Part shown: piece after piece, positions 6,471-15,118 of the stretch
Position numbering within the stretch: the stretch's first letter is position 1
Layout of the letters: every line of letters begins with the position of its first letter
DNA from: a virus
Lineage: Duplodnaviria; Heunggongvirae; Uroviricota; Caudoviricetes
Virus record (IMG/VR): IMGVR_UViG_3300041955_001975
Span: 1 to 26,737 of that record
DNA length: 26,737 bases
Direction: 5' to 3' (one strand)
Made by a program: the position numbers and the translations under genes
Notes under the pieces: generated by a model
Database searches by the model: none
Seen by the model: the letters and a program-made list of their open reading frames with translations, nothing else
Told to the model about the DNA's origin: nothing

Positions 6471-7832
6471 TTAGTTGGGACATTTAGCAGCCCGCGGCTC
6501 GGCCGGCAGAACGCCGGTCGCCCGCAGCAGCAAGAGGTTCATCAAGGTCTCGGTCAGGCTCGCGCCCTTGCCGTCCTTGCCATCGCCGCCGACGATCACG
6601 ACGCCCGGCACCTTGATCCCCGCCAGGGCCTCGGCGACCTTGGCGTCCCGGTCGGCCTTGATCGTGGCGAGAATCCGGTCCTTCTCCGCTAGGCCGCCGC
6701 CCAGTTCGATCTCTTTCTGCTTGGCCTCGGCAGCCGATATGGTCGCCTTCTTGTCGATCTCGGCCGTGTCGGCCTTGATCTGGGCGATCTTCTTGAGGGT
6801 CTCGGCCTCGGCCTGGGCCTTGGAGGCGACTTCGACCTTCTGCTCGGCGGCGGTCACGGCCTGGGTCTTGGTAATCACGGCGACTTCGGCCGCCTGGGTG
6901 GCCTGGATCAGGGCCCGCTCTTTCTTCTGGTTCTCCTCGGCCTTGATTTCGGCGACCTGCCGGAGTCCCTTTTCCGTGACCATGAGCCGCTGTTGGTACT
7001 CTTCCTGCCGCTGGGCCTTGGCTTGCTCGGCCTTCAGGTAGGATTCCTTCTTGGCCGCAAACTGGGCCAAGGTCTGCTCGTCGTACTGGGTCTCGGTGAC
7101 GCTGAATTGAAGGATACCGATCCGGTAGCGGTCCAGAGGAGACGCTTGCACGATGACCGGCTTCCCGTTGTCGCCCAGGACAACCTCCGTCGCCATGACG
7201 TGGGCCTTCTTCTCCGTGGTGATAGGCTTGCCGTCCGGGCCGGGCTGCGGAGTGCTCTCGGAAACGTCTTTCAATTCGACTTCGGTACGCCGCATCTCGA
7301 AGAGGCCCTTGGCAAGCTGCTCCTCGACGACCTGGTTGAACTCGGCCTTGCGGCTGGCCTGGTTCTCGCTGGCGGACATCATCGGGCCCGTGCTCTTGAT
7401 GCAGTTCGTAAGGTGCGAGCGCACGGCGTCCAGGATGTTGGCCGGGTTGGCGTTGAAGTCCTGGTGCATGAGCATACGGTGCTCGTTGTCGGTCGGCAGT
7501 TGGATCTTGACGAAGCTGCTGATGTGGGCCGTGCCGCCGTCGTTGAACGTGACCCGGATCGAGTCGTCCTGCGGGCCGCCCTCTTTTGTGCTCGCCGAGT
7601 AGTAGGCTTGCATGGCACGCGGGTAGGTCCAGATCGTGGCGAACCCCTTGAAGTAGTAGCCCGAGGAGTCGATGATGGAGACCTTGCCGGTGATCGACTG
7701 GCAGACCTGCCAGTTCTGGGAGTCGTTGTGGCCGATCATGCCGGACCAGAGGATGCCGGTGACGATCAGGACGGCCATGACGGCGAGAAGGGCACAGGTG
7801 ATTTTCACCTTTGCGGGAAGAGACAAGGACAT
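6471..7832 (-). CDS. SPFH/band 7 domain membrane protein (453 aa)
   Basis: N-terminal TM helix, SPFH-like core (SIRVTFNDGGTAHISSFVKIQLP...), long Ala/Glu/Lys coiled coil, C-terminal IKVPGVVIVGG typical of this family. Confidence 0.85.
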   Translation of the reverse strand: MSLSLPAKVKITCALLAVMAVLIVTGILWSGMIGHNDSQNWQVCQSITGKVSIIDSSGYYFKGFATIWTYPRAMQAYYSASTKEGGPQDDSIRVTFNDGGTAHISSFVKIQLPTDNEHRMLMHQDFNANPANILDAVRSHLTNCIKSTGPMMSASENQASRKAEFNQVVEEQLAKGLFEMRRTEVELKDVSESTPQPGPDGKPITTEKKAHVMATEVVLGDNGKPVIVQASPLDRYRIGILQFSVTETQYDEQTLAQFAAKKESYLKAEQAKAQRQEEYQQRLMVTEKGLRQVAEIKAEENQKKERALIQATQAAEVAVITKTQAVTAAEQKVEVASKAQAEAETLKKIAQIKADTAEIDKKATISAAEAKQKEIELGGGLAEKDRILATIKADRDAKVAEALAGIKVPGVVIVGGDGKDGKGASLTETLMNLLLLRATGVLPAEPRAAKCPN

Positions 7833-7888
7833 TGGTGTAGCTCCAGAAGGAAACTTGGAATAGGTGCGTCAAGCACCAGGCTCACATA

Positions 7889-7916
7889 AAGAGTTGCGAA
7901 AACTCTCAAACTGGTT
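7889..7916 (-). promoter_or_regulatory. bipartite conserved motif copy 2, upstream of SPFH gene
   Basis: AACCAGTTTG-AGAGT-TTTCGCAACTCTT, 56 nt before the SPFH start. Confidence 0.65.
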
Positions 7917-8212
7917 TTAGCGTTCCTCGCTTTTCTTACGGGCGACGCGCTGCTTGCGCGGTTTGGTGATTTCCGACCGGAGGGCTTCTGCGGTCTGGGC
8001 GATCTCCACCGCTTGCAGATCGGCGGCGCTGGCGGCCTGCCGGGCGTCGATTTGGTCGGCGCGAAGACGAGCGACGACCTCCTGGCTGCTGGCGGCGGTT
8101 CGACGATTTCGCTCACGAATCGGGTGAACCACCGGCTGCGTATCAGAAGCTTGTAGACGAGAAGCCCCAAGAAGACTACGACGAGCGTTGCCAGAACTTC
8201 GATGGTTGCCAT
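7917..8212 (-). pseudogene. probable frameshifted small membrane protein (TM + helical tail)
   Basis: TM N-terminus (MATIEVLATLVVVFLGLLVYKLL) in one frame; helical C-terminus (ASSQEVVARLRADQ...KKSEER) in another; junction near 8095-8100. Confidence 0.5.
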
Positions 8213-8228
8213 CAGCGTGACTCCTGGT

Positions 8229-8765
8229 TCAGATTCTCGGGTTTACGTCCAGCACCTTCCCAAAACGAGTGAAAGATGCCCTGAAGGAGGGCGCTCTTCG
8301 TCCCCAGTACACGAAGCAACAGGACATGGGTGCTCCCTTCTCGACCACCTTGCCGGCGAGCAGGAACTTCAGCCGAGGCACCCGCAAGAAGCAAATACTC
8401 CTTGCTCTTAGAAACACGTTGTCCTGCCAATGGCGCGTGTTGGTTGCCACGGGGATCAGGGCGATGATTTCCGACTCATGTTGCTCGTAGGCATTGCTGC
8501 ACCTCAACAGCCAGTCCTTGATGCTGGTCCCGTTTGCATTCCTGCCGTAGGGCGGGTTGACGTAGATCGTGGGGAAGTTCCAGGTCTCTCGCAGTCCGTC
8601 GTGTTCCGGCAGCTTGTACTCCACTTTCGCTCCGACGAGGGCGTAGTCATTGGAGCACGGGTCAAGAGCAATCCAGCCACCGAAGAAATCCCGGACGACC
8701 TGGACATATTCCGCGGGCGTATTCCAATCCGTCGTCAGTGAGGTGACGTGTCTTCCGGCGGTCAT
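8229..8765 (-). CDS. phage Dam-like DNA N6-adenine methyltransferase
   Basis: WNTP...IALDPCS motif and catalytic YVNPPYG; 178 aa with no obvious TRD. Confidence 0.85.
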   Translation of the reverse strand: MTAGRHVTSLTTDWNTPAEYVQVVRDFFGGWIALDPCSNDYALVGAKVEYKLPEHDGLRETWNFPTIYVNPPYGRNANGTSIKDWLLRCSNAYEQHESEIIALIPVATNTRHWQDNVFLRARSICFLRVPRLKFLLAGKVVEKGAPMSCCFVYWGRRAPSFRASFTRFGKVLDVNPRI

Positions 8766-8805
8766 GCGGTCTTGCCGCCGATCTTGTGGATTGCTCTCAT
8801 TGCCT

Positions 8806-9699
8806 TCACTGCGCCTTTCCCGCGCAGCGGACGCCGATTCGGATAAGGCGGACCACCATTTCTGCGTCCTCCACGGCGGTGTGGGCGACTTCGCCCTTGA
8901 TCCCGGCCCGTTCCATGCAGGTCTTCGAGTCGGGCAGCCTTTCGTCCGTGCCGGGCAGCCAGTAGAAGAGGGTCGGGTCGAGGACGCGGTGGTTCAGCTT
9001 GACCGTCCGCTTGAAACCGGGCAGCCTGTCGAGAAACGGCTTGTCGAAGCTGGCGAAGTTCTTGCCCGCAGGCGTCAAGCTCGTCTTGCCGTCCCAGCCC
9101 TGCGCCCGCAGCCAGGAGCAAAAGCTCTCGGCAACCTCGCCCGGCGACAGGACGGAGTTGTCGCGTGGCCCGGACAAACGTTTCAAGATTTTCGAGTTGA
9201 GGGCCAGGGCGTAGGGCTCGCCGGTGTAGACGGGATGGGCGATGTAGCGGTGGAAGATCGGCAGGGTTTCGAGCATACCGCCGTTGTCATAGATGGCCCC
9301 GATCTCAAGAATCTGGCAGGTCTCGGGGTCAAGGCCAGTCGTCTCCAGGTCGATGGAGACGTAGGGCATCTTGATCTTGGAGGACAGTTCCTTGAGGCCC
9401 TTGCTGGCGTGGCCGTTCCAATGGCACTGGCAACACTCGAAAATTGCTTCGTTCTCTGCCCTCTGCGTGAGCACGGCATGGCATACGGGACAGTACATGA
9501 TGGCCTCGACGATGATGGCGTTATGGGCTGCGAGTACGTCGCGCACCCAGTCTTCGTTCTCGCTGTGAGTAGCCCCGCAGGCACATGGGCCCACCAGCAT
9601 GTCGCACGGCGTACTGCCGTTGAAGCGTCTGAAGGTCCAGTCGGCGGGCCAAGGCACCATGCCGCTGCGCAGATACTTTCGCAGGACTCGTGGGTTCAC
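8806..9699 (-). CDS. DEDDh 3'-5' exonuclease (DnaQ/oligoribonuclease-like) with Cys-rich N-terminal extension
   Basis: ExoI SIDLETTGLD, ExoII GKNFASFD, ExoIII HTAVEDA; GTG start 9699 overlaps the upstream TGA; CPVC and CCQC motifs. Confidence 0.85.
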   Translation of the reverse strand: MNPRVLRKYLRSGMVPWPADWTFRRFNGSTPCDMLVGPCACGATHSENEDWVRDVLAAHNAIIVEAIMYCPVCHAVLTQRAENEAIFECCQCHWNGHASKGLKELSSKIKMPYVSIDLETTGLDPETCQILEIGAIYDNGGMLETLPIFHRYIAHPVYTGEPYALALNSKILKRLSGPRDNSVLSPGEVAESFCSWLRAQGWDGKTSLTPAGKNFASFDKPFLDRLPGFKRTVKLNHRVLDPTLFYWLPGTDERLPDSKTCMERAGIKGEVAHTAVEDAEMVVRLIRIGVRCAGKAQ

Positions 9700-10088
9700 T
9701 TCGGGCCTCTCAAAAGTGTCTTTGCGGCTTTGTAGTCGGCGTCTACTGTGGCGGCGTGCCACTGTACAAAGTCCATTTCGTCCGTGGCGTCGGCCGTTGT
9801 GACCGCTATCAACCGTTGCACAGTCTCCATGTCATGCCGAAGCTGCTCAGCGGATAGAATCGCGTTGATCTGGCCGGTGCCCGGGACAACCGCGGCTTCA
9901 TATTCCACCAGGAAGGAGGCGGCTAGCTCGCGGTAGATGGCGACCAGGATCTTGAGCCTTTCGCTGAGTTGCTTAATGCGGACAAGGTGCCTCTCACTCA
10001 GCCGCACGGTTGCCTGAAAGGTCTCCAGTGCCTTCGTCATTTCCGGCGTGGCAGGTGTCGCGTTAGGGTCGGAGTCCAGGTTGCTCAT
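9696..10088 (-). CDS. hypothetical helical protein
   Basis: ATG 10088 overlapping the upstream stop; helical composition. Confidence 0.6.
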   Translation of the reverse strand: MSNLDSDPNATPATPEMTKALETFQATVRLSERHLVRIKQLSERLKILVAIYRELAASFLVEYEAAVVPGTGQINAILSAEQLRHDMETVQRLIAVTTADATDEMDFVQWHAATVDADYKAAKTLLRGPK

Positions 10089-10432
10089 TCCGTCTTCTCC
10101 TCGGACTCGTCCAGAGGACCGACCTCGGGGTGCGCGACCCCGAAAATCCTCAGTAGGCTTTCCAGGCACGAGGCGACGGCTCCTCGAACCTCTTGCATCT
10201 CGTGGCGCTCGACGTTGCCGTGCTCACAGGCCAGTTCCACGAGAAGTTCCTTGCGGCAAATGTCCCGGTACAAGTCGAGTGCCTGCATGACGCTGGTGGC
10301 CAGTTCGCCGGTGTGCGGCGGCTTCTTCAGAGCCTCGCACTGTCCGCCCCACCAGCCGCACGCGAGACACAAACGGTCCGGCTCAGGCGTTACCTGGAGC
10401 GGCTTGCCGCACTTGGGACAGAATTCGCTCAT
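10085..10432 (-). CDS. hypothetical Zn-ribbon protein
   Basis: CPKC...CLAC motifs at the N-terminus. Confidence 0.7.
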   Translation of the reverse strand: MSEFCPKCGKPLQVTPEPDRLCLACGWWGGQCEALKKPPHTGELATSVMQALDLYRDICRKELLVELACEHGNVERHEMQEVRGAVASCLESLLRIFGVAHPEVGPLDESEEKTE

Positions 10433-10441
10433 GGCGATCTC

Positions 10442-10822
10442 CTACTGGACCGGCCCCATGCCGGGCCCGACGTTGCGGACTAGGTTCACGTCCTGGATGC
10501 CCTTGAAGGTCAGGTTGAACTCGCGGACCGCGCGCTTGAACTCGGGGTCCCCGAAGCGCTGGCGAATCTGCGCCAAGGCCAGTTTCACCTTGTCCTTGGA
10601 GGCTTTGGCCGCCGCACTCCGGCCGCCCATCGTGCCAGCATCGGTCTTGATCTGCTCCCGCAGGGCGGCGAGCTGCGCCTTACCGCGGTCCTTCTGGTTT
10701 CCGACCAGCTTGAGTTGGGCGCGGGCCTCGCGCTGACCGCCGCTGGAGGCCGCCGCCTTGAGGGGCATTACCACGTCGAGTTTCCGGGCTCGGGCAGGGT
10801 TGCTCGCTTTCGCTTTGGCCAT
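10442..10822 (-). CDS. hypothetical basic protein (126 aa)
   Basis: ORF with RBS-like AGGAG, co-oriented. Confidence 0.65.
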   Translation of the reverse strand: MAKAKASNPARARKLDVVMPLKAAASSGGQREARAQLKLVGNQKDRGKAQLAALREQIKTDAGTMGGRSAAAKASKDKVKLALAQIRQRFGDPEFKRAVREFNLTFKGIQDVNLVRNVGPGMGPVQ

Positions 10823-10873
10823 TTTCTGGCTCCTGGTTTAGTGGGTTGCTTGTTTCCGGGCGACCGCGTGAAA

Positions 10874-11266
10874 TCACACGCCTAGCTCCCGGAGGGCTTG
10901 GACTTCGTCTGCCGTGAGCTTCTTGAGCGCTTGCCGCCGGGCTTTGACGAGCCCTTCGTACTCTTTCGCTTCTTGGCGGAACCGAGCGATTGCCTCTTGG
11001 TAGGCTTTGCGGCAGGCTTCCTTCGTCCCTTGGCCGGAGCCTCCACAGGCGGCGCAGGGGACGGTGCGCCGGTCTCGGTTGCCTTCGACCGGGCACGGCG
11101 GGTCTTGCGGGTCGTAGTTCCATCCTCGGCCGGAACAAGCGAGACAGGGCCACTTGTCGGCAGGGTGCAGTCCGAGCCAGTGCTGCTTGGTGGCAAACTC
11201 TTGCAGGCTTCGATAGGGTCGGACGGGCTTGACATGCTTCCATCCGGTGCTGAAGGTGCAAGGCAT
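10874..11266 (-). CDS. DnaJ-type zinc-finger-like protein
   Basis: Two CxxCxGxG motifs (CLACSGRG, CAACGGSG) and a C-terminal helix; purine-rich RBS upstream. Confidence 0.7.
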   Translation of the reverse strand: MPCTFSTGWKHVKPVRPYRSLQEFATKQHWLGLHPADKWPCLACSGRGWNYDPQDPPCPVEGNRDRRTVPCAACGGSGQGTKEACRKAYQEAIARFRQEAKEYEGLVKARRQALKKLTADEVQALRELGV

Positions 11267-11694
11267 TCGTCTTCCTCTTCGTAGCGCGGCGTGACGTATC
11301 GCGTGAGAAGCTCAAAGGTCTTGCGGCTGAGCTTCTTGCGAGCCCACACAGGAATCCCCGTGGGCAGCTTGCCGAAGATTTCCACCAGGCCCCGCACACC
11401 CGTCGCTTCACAGGCTTTGGTCCAGAGCCGCTTGTGGCGTTCGCAAGATTCCCGGGCCTTCGCCAAGACCTTGAAAAGGCGATGGCCGGGGTCCGTGAAG
11501 TCCCACATCGGGAAGTTCTCGCCCTCCTTACCGCCGAAGTTCGGGACGATGATGCGGACGGTCGCCTGATAGCGGCCGGGCATCCGCACGCCGTCGTACT
11601 CCCTGCGCCAGACGATTCGGTATCCGTCTTCGGAGAGCCAGGTCCGCCGGACCTTTCCTTTCTGGCCGCGTTTCTTCTTGCGCGTGAACTCCAT
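10882..11694 (-). CDS. hypothetical protein with Lys/Ser/Pro-rich tail overlapping the next gene
   Basis: Globular-looking N-terminal ~140 aa (MEFTRKKKRG...); tail runs 385 nt over 10874-11266 in another frame. Confidence 0.6.
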   Translation of the reverse strand: MEFTRKKKRGQKGKVRRTWLSEDGYRIVWRREYDGVRMPGRYQATVRIIVPNFGGKEGENFPMWDFTDPGHRLFKVLAKARESCERHKRLWTKACEATGVRGLVEIFGKLPTGIPVWARKKLSRKTFELLTRYVTPRYEEEDECLAPSAPDGSMSSPSDPIEACKSLPPSSTGSDCTLPTSGPVSLVPAEDGTTTRKTRRARSKATETGAPSPAPPVEAPAKGRRKPAAKPTKRQSLGSAKKRKSTKGSSKPGGKRSRSSRQTKSKPSGS

Positions 11695-11833
11695 CACTTG
11701 GGCTCCCCGTGAACACAACCGAACTCGGGACCGGGGATTATCCCCCAGCCCTTGTCGTCTTCAATGCACATGGTTCGCACCTTTCTTAGCGGGCCGGACG
11801 AGCGCCCCGCCAGGGTTTGCTGGAGGCCGGCGA

Positions 11834-12034
11834 TCAGTAGCCCCGGCCGCGATTGGCACGAGGGTGCATCGGCGAGTAGTGAGAGTGAAACGCCGGCAGG
11901 CGCGTCAGCATCTTGTGCGGTTTCTTCTTGGTTCCGCACCTTTTGGGACACCTCTGCGGTCCCGGCTCATTGATGCCGTGGAACACCTCGAACTCAGCTC
12001 CGCACGCAGGGCAACGGTAATCGTAGGTAGGCAA
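11834..12034 (-). CDS. FmdB-family zinc-ribbon protein
   Basis: TTG start after AGGAGGTG; PTYDYRCPACGAEFEVFH...CPKRCG signature. Confidence 0.8.
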   Translation of the reverse strand: MPTYDYRCPACGAEFEVFHGINEPGPQRCPKRCGTKKKPHKMLTRLPAFHSHYSPMHPRANRGRGY

Positions 12035-12044
12035 GGCACACCTC

Positions 12045-12257
12045 CTAGACGATGGGCTCGGTGACCGGTTGGACCACGACACAGTTCTTCAGGTTGCGGA
12101 CGGTGATCCGCCGGCCCTCGGCGTTGAAGCCGGTGATGTGAGCGTCATCGACCTGGGTCACGTTCAGCTTGTTCAGCCACATCGAACTGCGGCGGCGCAC
12201 GGGGTAACAGACCGTGTCGCCGGCCGCAATGGCGCGGCCTAAGAAGTCTCGGCTCAT
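12045..12257 (-). CDS. hypothetical protein (70 aa)
   Basis: DFLGRAIAAGDTVCY, a beta-rich small phage-type ORF; ATGA overlap with the upstream gene. Confidence 0.7.
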   Translation of the reverse strand: MSRDFLGRAIAAGDTVCYPVRRRSSMWLNKLNVTQVDDAHITGFNAEGRRITVRNLKNCVVVQPVTEPIV

Positions 12258-12511
12258 GCGATTCCCTCGGGAACTAAGGACTCGAAACGGGTGATAGACG
12301 ACGGTGCAGGGACCTCGAAGATGTGCGCGTAAGGGGCAGACAGAGCCACCATCGCCTCATCCAAGGCCGCCTTGTAGTTGGTGACATGCTTCAGGCGGGT
12401 CCGCATCTCCCTGCTAGGCCGCCTGCCATGCAGAACCAGGGCAAAGAACTCCGGCCGATACTTGGGGCTCATCTCGTGACGCTCGCAGATCGCATTCAGG
12501 TCAAGACTCAT
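12254..12511 (-). CDS. hypothetical protein (85 aa)
   Basis: RBS AAGGGAG; first gene downstream of motif copy 3. Confidence 0.7.
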   Translation of the reverse strand: MSLDLNAICERHEMSPKYRPEFFALVLHGRRPSREMRTRLKHVTNYKAALDEAMVALSAPYAHIFEVPAPSSITRFESLVPEGIA

Positions 12512-12568
12512 GGTTGCGCTCCCTTGGGGTTAAGTTGCGGGGCAGCCTAGTCCGCGCTCCGCCATACC

Positions 12569-12596
12569 AAGAGTTGCAAAATCTCGAAAACTGGTT
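12569..12596 (-). promoter_or_regulatory. bipartite conserved motif copy 3
   Basis: AACCAGTTTT-CGAGA-TTTTGCAACTCTT, intergenic, 57 nt upstream of the 12511 start. Confidence 0.7.
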
Positions 12597-12602
12597 TTCC
12601 GA

Positions 12603-12944
12603 TCAGCGAATTTTGTTGCGTTCGCCGATCAAGGCGGCCAGCGAGCGGCAGAGAAGGTCCCAGGCGAGCAGTCGCTTCCGCGGGAAACCGAGGATCGTAC
12701 CGTGCCGCCAGGGACGGCCTGCCTTGTCCCGCAGGTCCACGAAGTAGTTGCCTAGGGCAGGTCCGCCTGTGCCAAGGTTGGTGATCGTGCCCGTTGCAAG
12801 GGTCGTCTTGCGGGCTTCACAGCCGCCGGGCCATATTTCAATCGTTACCTTCAGCATTACCGGCACCCTTGCGGATCGTCCGGGTTGTCGGCATCGTGCC
12901 GGCCCGCGACCGAGAAAACGCACCACGAAGAAGAGGCTACCCAA
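12603..12944 (-). CDS. hypothetical protein (start uncertain)
   Basis: MLKVTIEIWPGG...GNYFVDLRDKAGRPW core looks like a real small phage protein. Confidence 0.55.
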   Translation of the reverse strand: MGSLFFVVRFLGRGPARCRQPGRSARVPVMLKVTIEIWPGGCEARKTTLATGTITNLGTGGPALGNYFVDLRDKAGRPWRHGTILGFPRKRLLAWDLLCRSLAALIGERNKIR

Positions 12945-13133
12945 GGACGTTGAAGAGAAGACGAAGACCGTTCAGTTCGGCGGGCAGGGTTGGGGATCAA
13001 GCGGGGTAGGCCGCAAGTTCACGTTCCTCTCTCGGCTCTTGACGCCACCTATGGGGTGGGTGCGCTGAGGGGCATCCCAGCGGAAACAGTTTTATTCAGC
13101 GGTTTCTCGCGCCGTTTAGAATGGGGGGGGATA

Positions 13134-13162
13134 TTGCTTAGCACCCCGCCGTTGGCTAGAAT
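13134..13162 (+). promoter_or_regulatory. sigma70-like promoter for the WG-repeat cassette
   Basis: TTGCTT-17 nt-TAGAAT, 52 nt upstream of ATG 13215. Confidence 0.55.
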
Positions 13163-13214
13163 TGCGGTTATTCCAGGGCTTCGATGGCGTGAACCTGAGC
13201 AGAGGGTGACTGAT

Positions 13215-14873
13215 ATGGGTGTGCGTCTCAGTGTCTACTCGGGCGTTCTTGTGCCCCTTCAAAACGTGCTGGAACTGATTCCCCCCAAGCACTATTCCCA
13301 AATGCTCAAGCAAGCCAGGAATGCCTGCGAGACAGACGAGGAATTTCGGAAGGCGTTCGGCGAATTGGATAGGAGTGAGACACTTACCCTCGACGACTTG
13401 AAGGACCGTCTGTACGAGACTGCCAAGAGTCTTTTGGCCCGCGATGAGGCATCGTCATCCTGCATTGAAGAACAGGACCATCAAACGCTGTTCTCGTTAC
13501 TATTCGAGGGTCTGCCGCACAGGTTTGGCTTCGTAGACAACTTGGGGCAATGGGTAGCGGGACCACCTTTTGACGAGCTAGGTGGATTCCATGAGGGACT
13601 TTCCTCTGCAAGGAAGAACGGCCTGTGGGGTGTGATTGACAAGCAAGGGCAGTGGGTGATTGACCCGCACTTTGAGGACATCGGTGAGTTTCGGAGGGGG
13701 CTGGCAGCCGCAAAGAGCCATGAAGGGTGGGGCTTTATCGACGCCAAAGGCAAGTGGGTCATCGAGCCAATGTTCGACGACGCCAGGACTTTTGACGAAG
13801 GCCCAAACGGCGTGAACTCCAATGCGTTGTGGGGTTTCATTGATGCGCAAGGGAAATGGTTGATTGAGCCGCAATTCTCCTTTATTGGCCGCTGGTCGGC
13901 CATCGGCTATGAGGGATTCGTGGACGGCCTTGCTGCTGCGTCGCAAGATGGCCTCGTCGGCTATATCGACGAGGAAGGACGATGGGTTATCGAGCCCCAG
14001 TTCGAGAACAGCGATGGGTTCGTCATGGGGCTTGCCCGTGCAAGAAAAGGAAAATCCTGGGGCATTATTGACAAACAGGGCAAGTGGGTCGTCGAACCGC
14101 AATTTGCCGACTTATCTCGCCCTGATGCGACAGGTGTGTATCGGGCAAAGTCTGATAATCTATGGGGACTTCTGGACCGACATGGCCAATGGATCATTTC
14201 TCCAACATTTCAATGCATCGGCCAGTTTGAGAAGGGAGTGTGGTTCGCCGCTGTTGATGATAAATACGGTACAATGACCGCAGAGGGGAAATGGCTCATT
14301 ACTCCACGTTTTGAACGGCTGGGACCGTTGTGTGATGGGCTCTCTGCTGCCAAACACGAGCGCTATGGCTTTGTTGACAAGGCAGGCAAATGGGTGATTG
14401 AACCCCAATTCGAGGAAGTCGAAGAGTTTCGTGAGGGTTATGCGCTTGCAAAGAGCGAGGGGTTATGGGGTGTAATTGATCGTTCAGGCAAATGGGTGGT
14501 CGCTCCGAAATTCGACAACACATACTGCGGCTCGTGGACCTTCGAGGACGGTGTGGCAGTGTTCAAACACGAAGGAGTGTGGGCAGGCATCAATCCAAGG
14601 GGCGAATGGGTCATTGAACCCGCGTGCAGGTACGTAGCTTTGTCAAAAGAAGAAGAGCCCGCTGGCGGACATGTGTTACCGAAAATCAAGGAGATCGTGG
14701 CTTTCCACTGGTATAATGTGACGGATGGATTGCGCTACGATCTCGGTGAGCCGTTTGTCGTGTTCGACAAGTCCGATTGTGTGGTCGAGCGGCTGACCGA
14801 ACCAGGGGAAGTTCTTGCGAGGGCCCTCGGCGTGGAAGAATTGCATTCAACACACTATGCACATTATGGTTGA
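13215..14873 (+). CDS. WG-repeat (KWG-Leptospira-like) protein, paralog 1
   Basis: 11 repeats of [FWY]G[FVYI]ID.xG.W.I.P.F; start chosen by homology with paralog 2. Confidence 0.85.
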   Translation: MGVRLSVYSGVLVPLQNVLELIPPKHYSQMLKQARNACETDEEFRKAFGELDRSETLTLDDLKDRLYETAKSLLARDEASSSCIEEQDHQTLFSLLFEGLPHRFGFVDNLGQWVAGPPFDELGGFHEGLSSARKNGLWGVIDKQGQWVIDPHFEDIGEFRRGLAAAKSHEGWGFIDAKGKWVIEPMFDDARTFDEGPNGVNSNALWGFIDAQGKWLIEPQFSFIGRWSAIGYEGFVDGLAAASQDGLVGYIDEEGRWVIEPQFENSDGFVMGLARARKGKSWGIIDKQGKWVVEPQFADLSRPDATGVYRAKSDNLWGLLDRHGQWIISPTFQCIGQFEKGVWFAAVDDKYGTMTAEGKWLITPRFERLGPLCDGLSAAKHERYGFVDKAGKWVIEPQFEEVEEFREGYALAKSEGLWGVIDRSGKWVVAPKFDNTYCGSWTFEDGVAVFKHEGVWAGINPRGEWVIEPACRYVALSKEEEPAGGHVLPKIKEIVAFHWYNVTDGLRYDLGEPFVVFDKSDCVVERLTEPGEVLARALGVEELHSTHYAHYG

Positions 14874-15118
14874 ACGGACGGCCAATAATCGTCGCCACTT
14901 CCCAAACACACCAGTGGCAGATAAGGGCGCGGACACACCAACACCACTCATTGTGCGGTCGCGCCAACAAGAGCGAGGAGCCTCCTAACAGAACATCAGT
15001 TGCCAGCCGCACGGAGCAATGATGGCCCAGAAGGTGGTGGTATCGACAAGTCGAATTCATCCTGCGCTTGGTTATCCCAGGGCTCCGATGGCGTCAACCT
15101 GAACAGAGGGCGACTAAT

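Noticed and set aside
5546-9735. Long plus-strand ORFs (5546-6457, 6993-7889, 8650-9735; likewise 23901-24860)
   Set aside because: Antisense shadows of well-supported minus-strand genes in high-GC DNA; no recognisable motifs.
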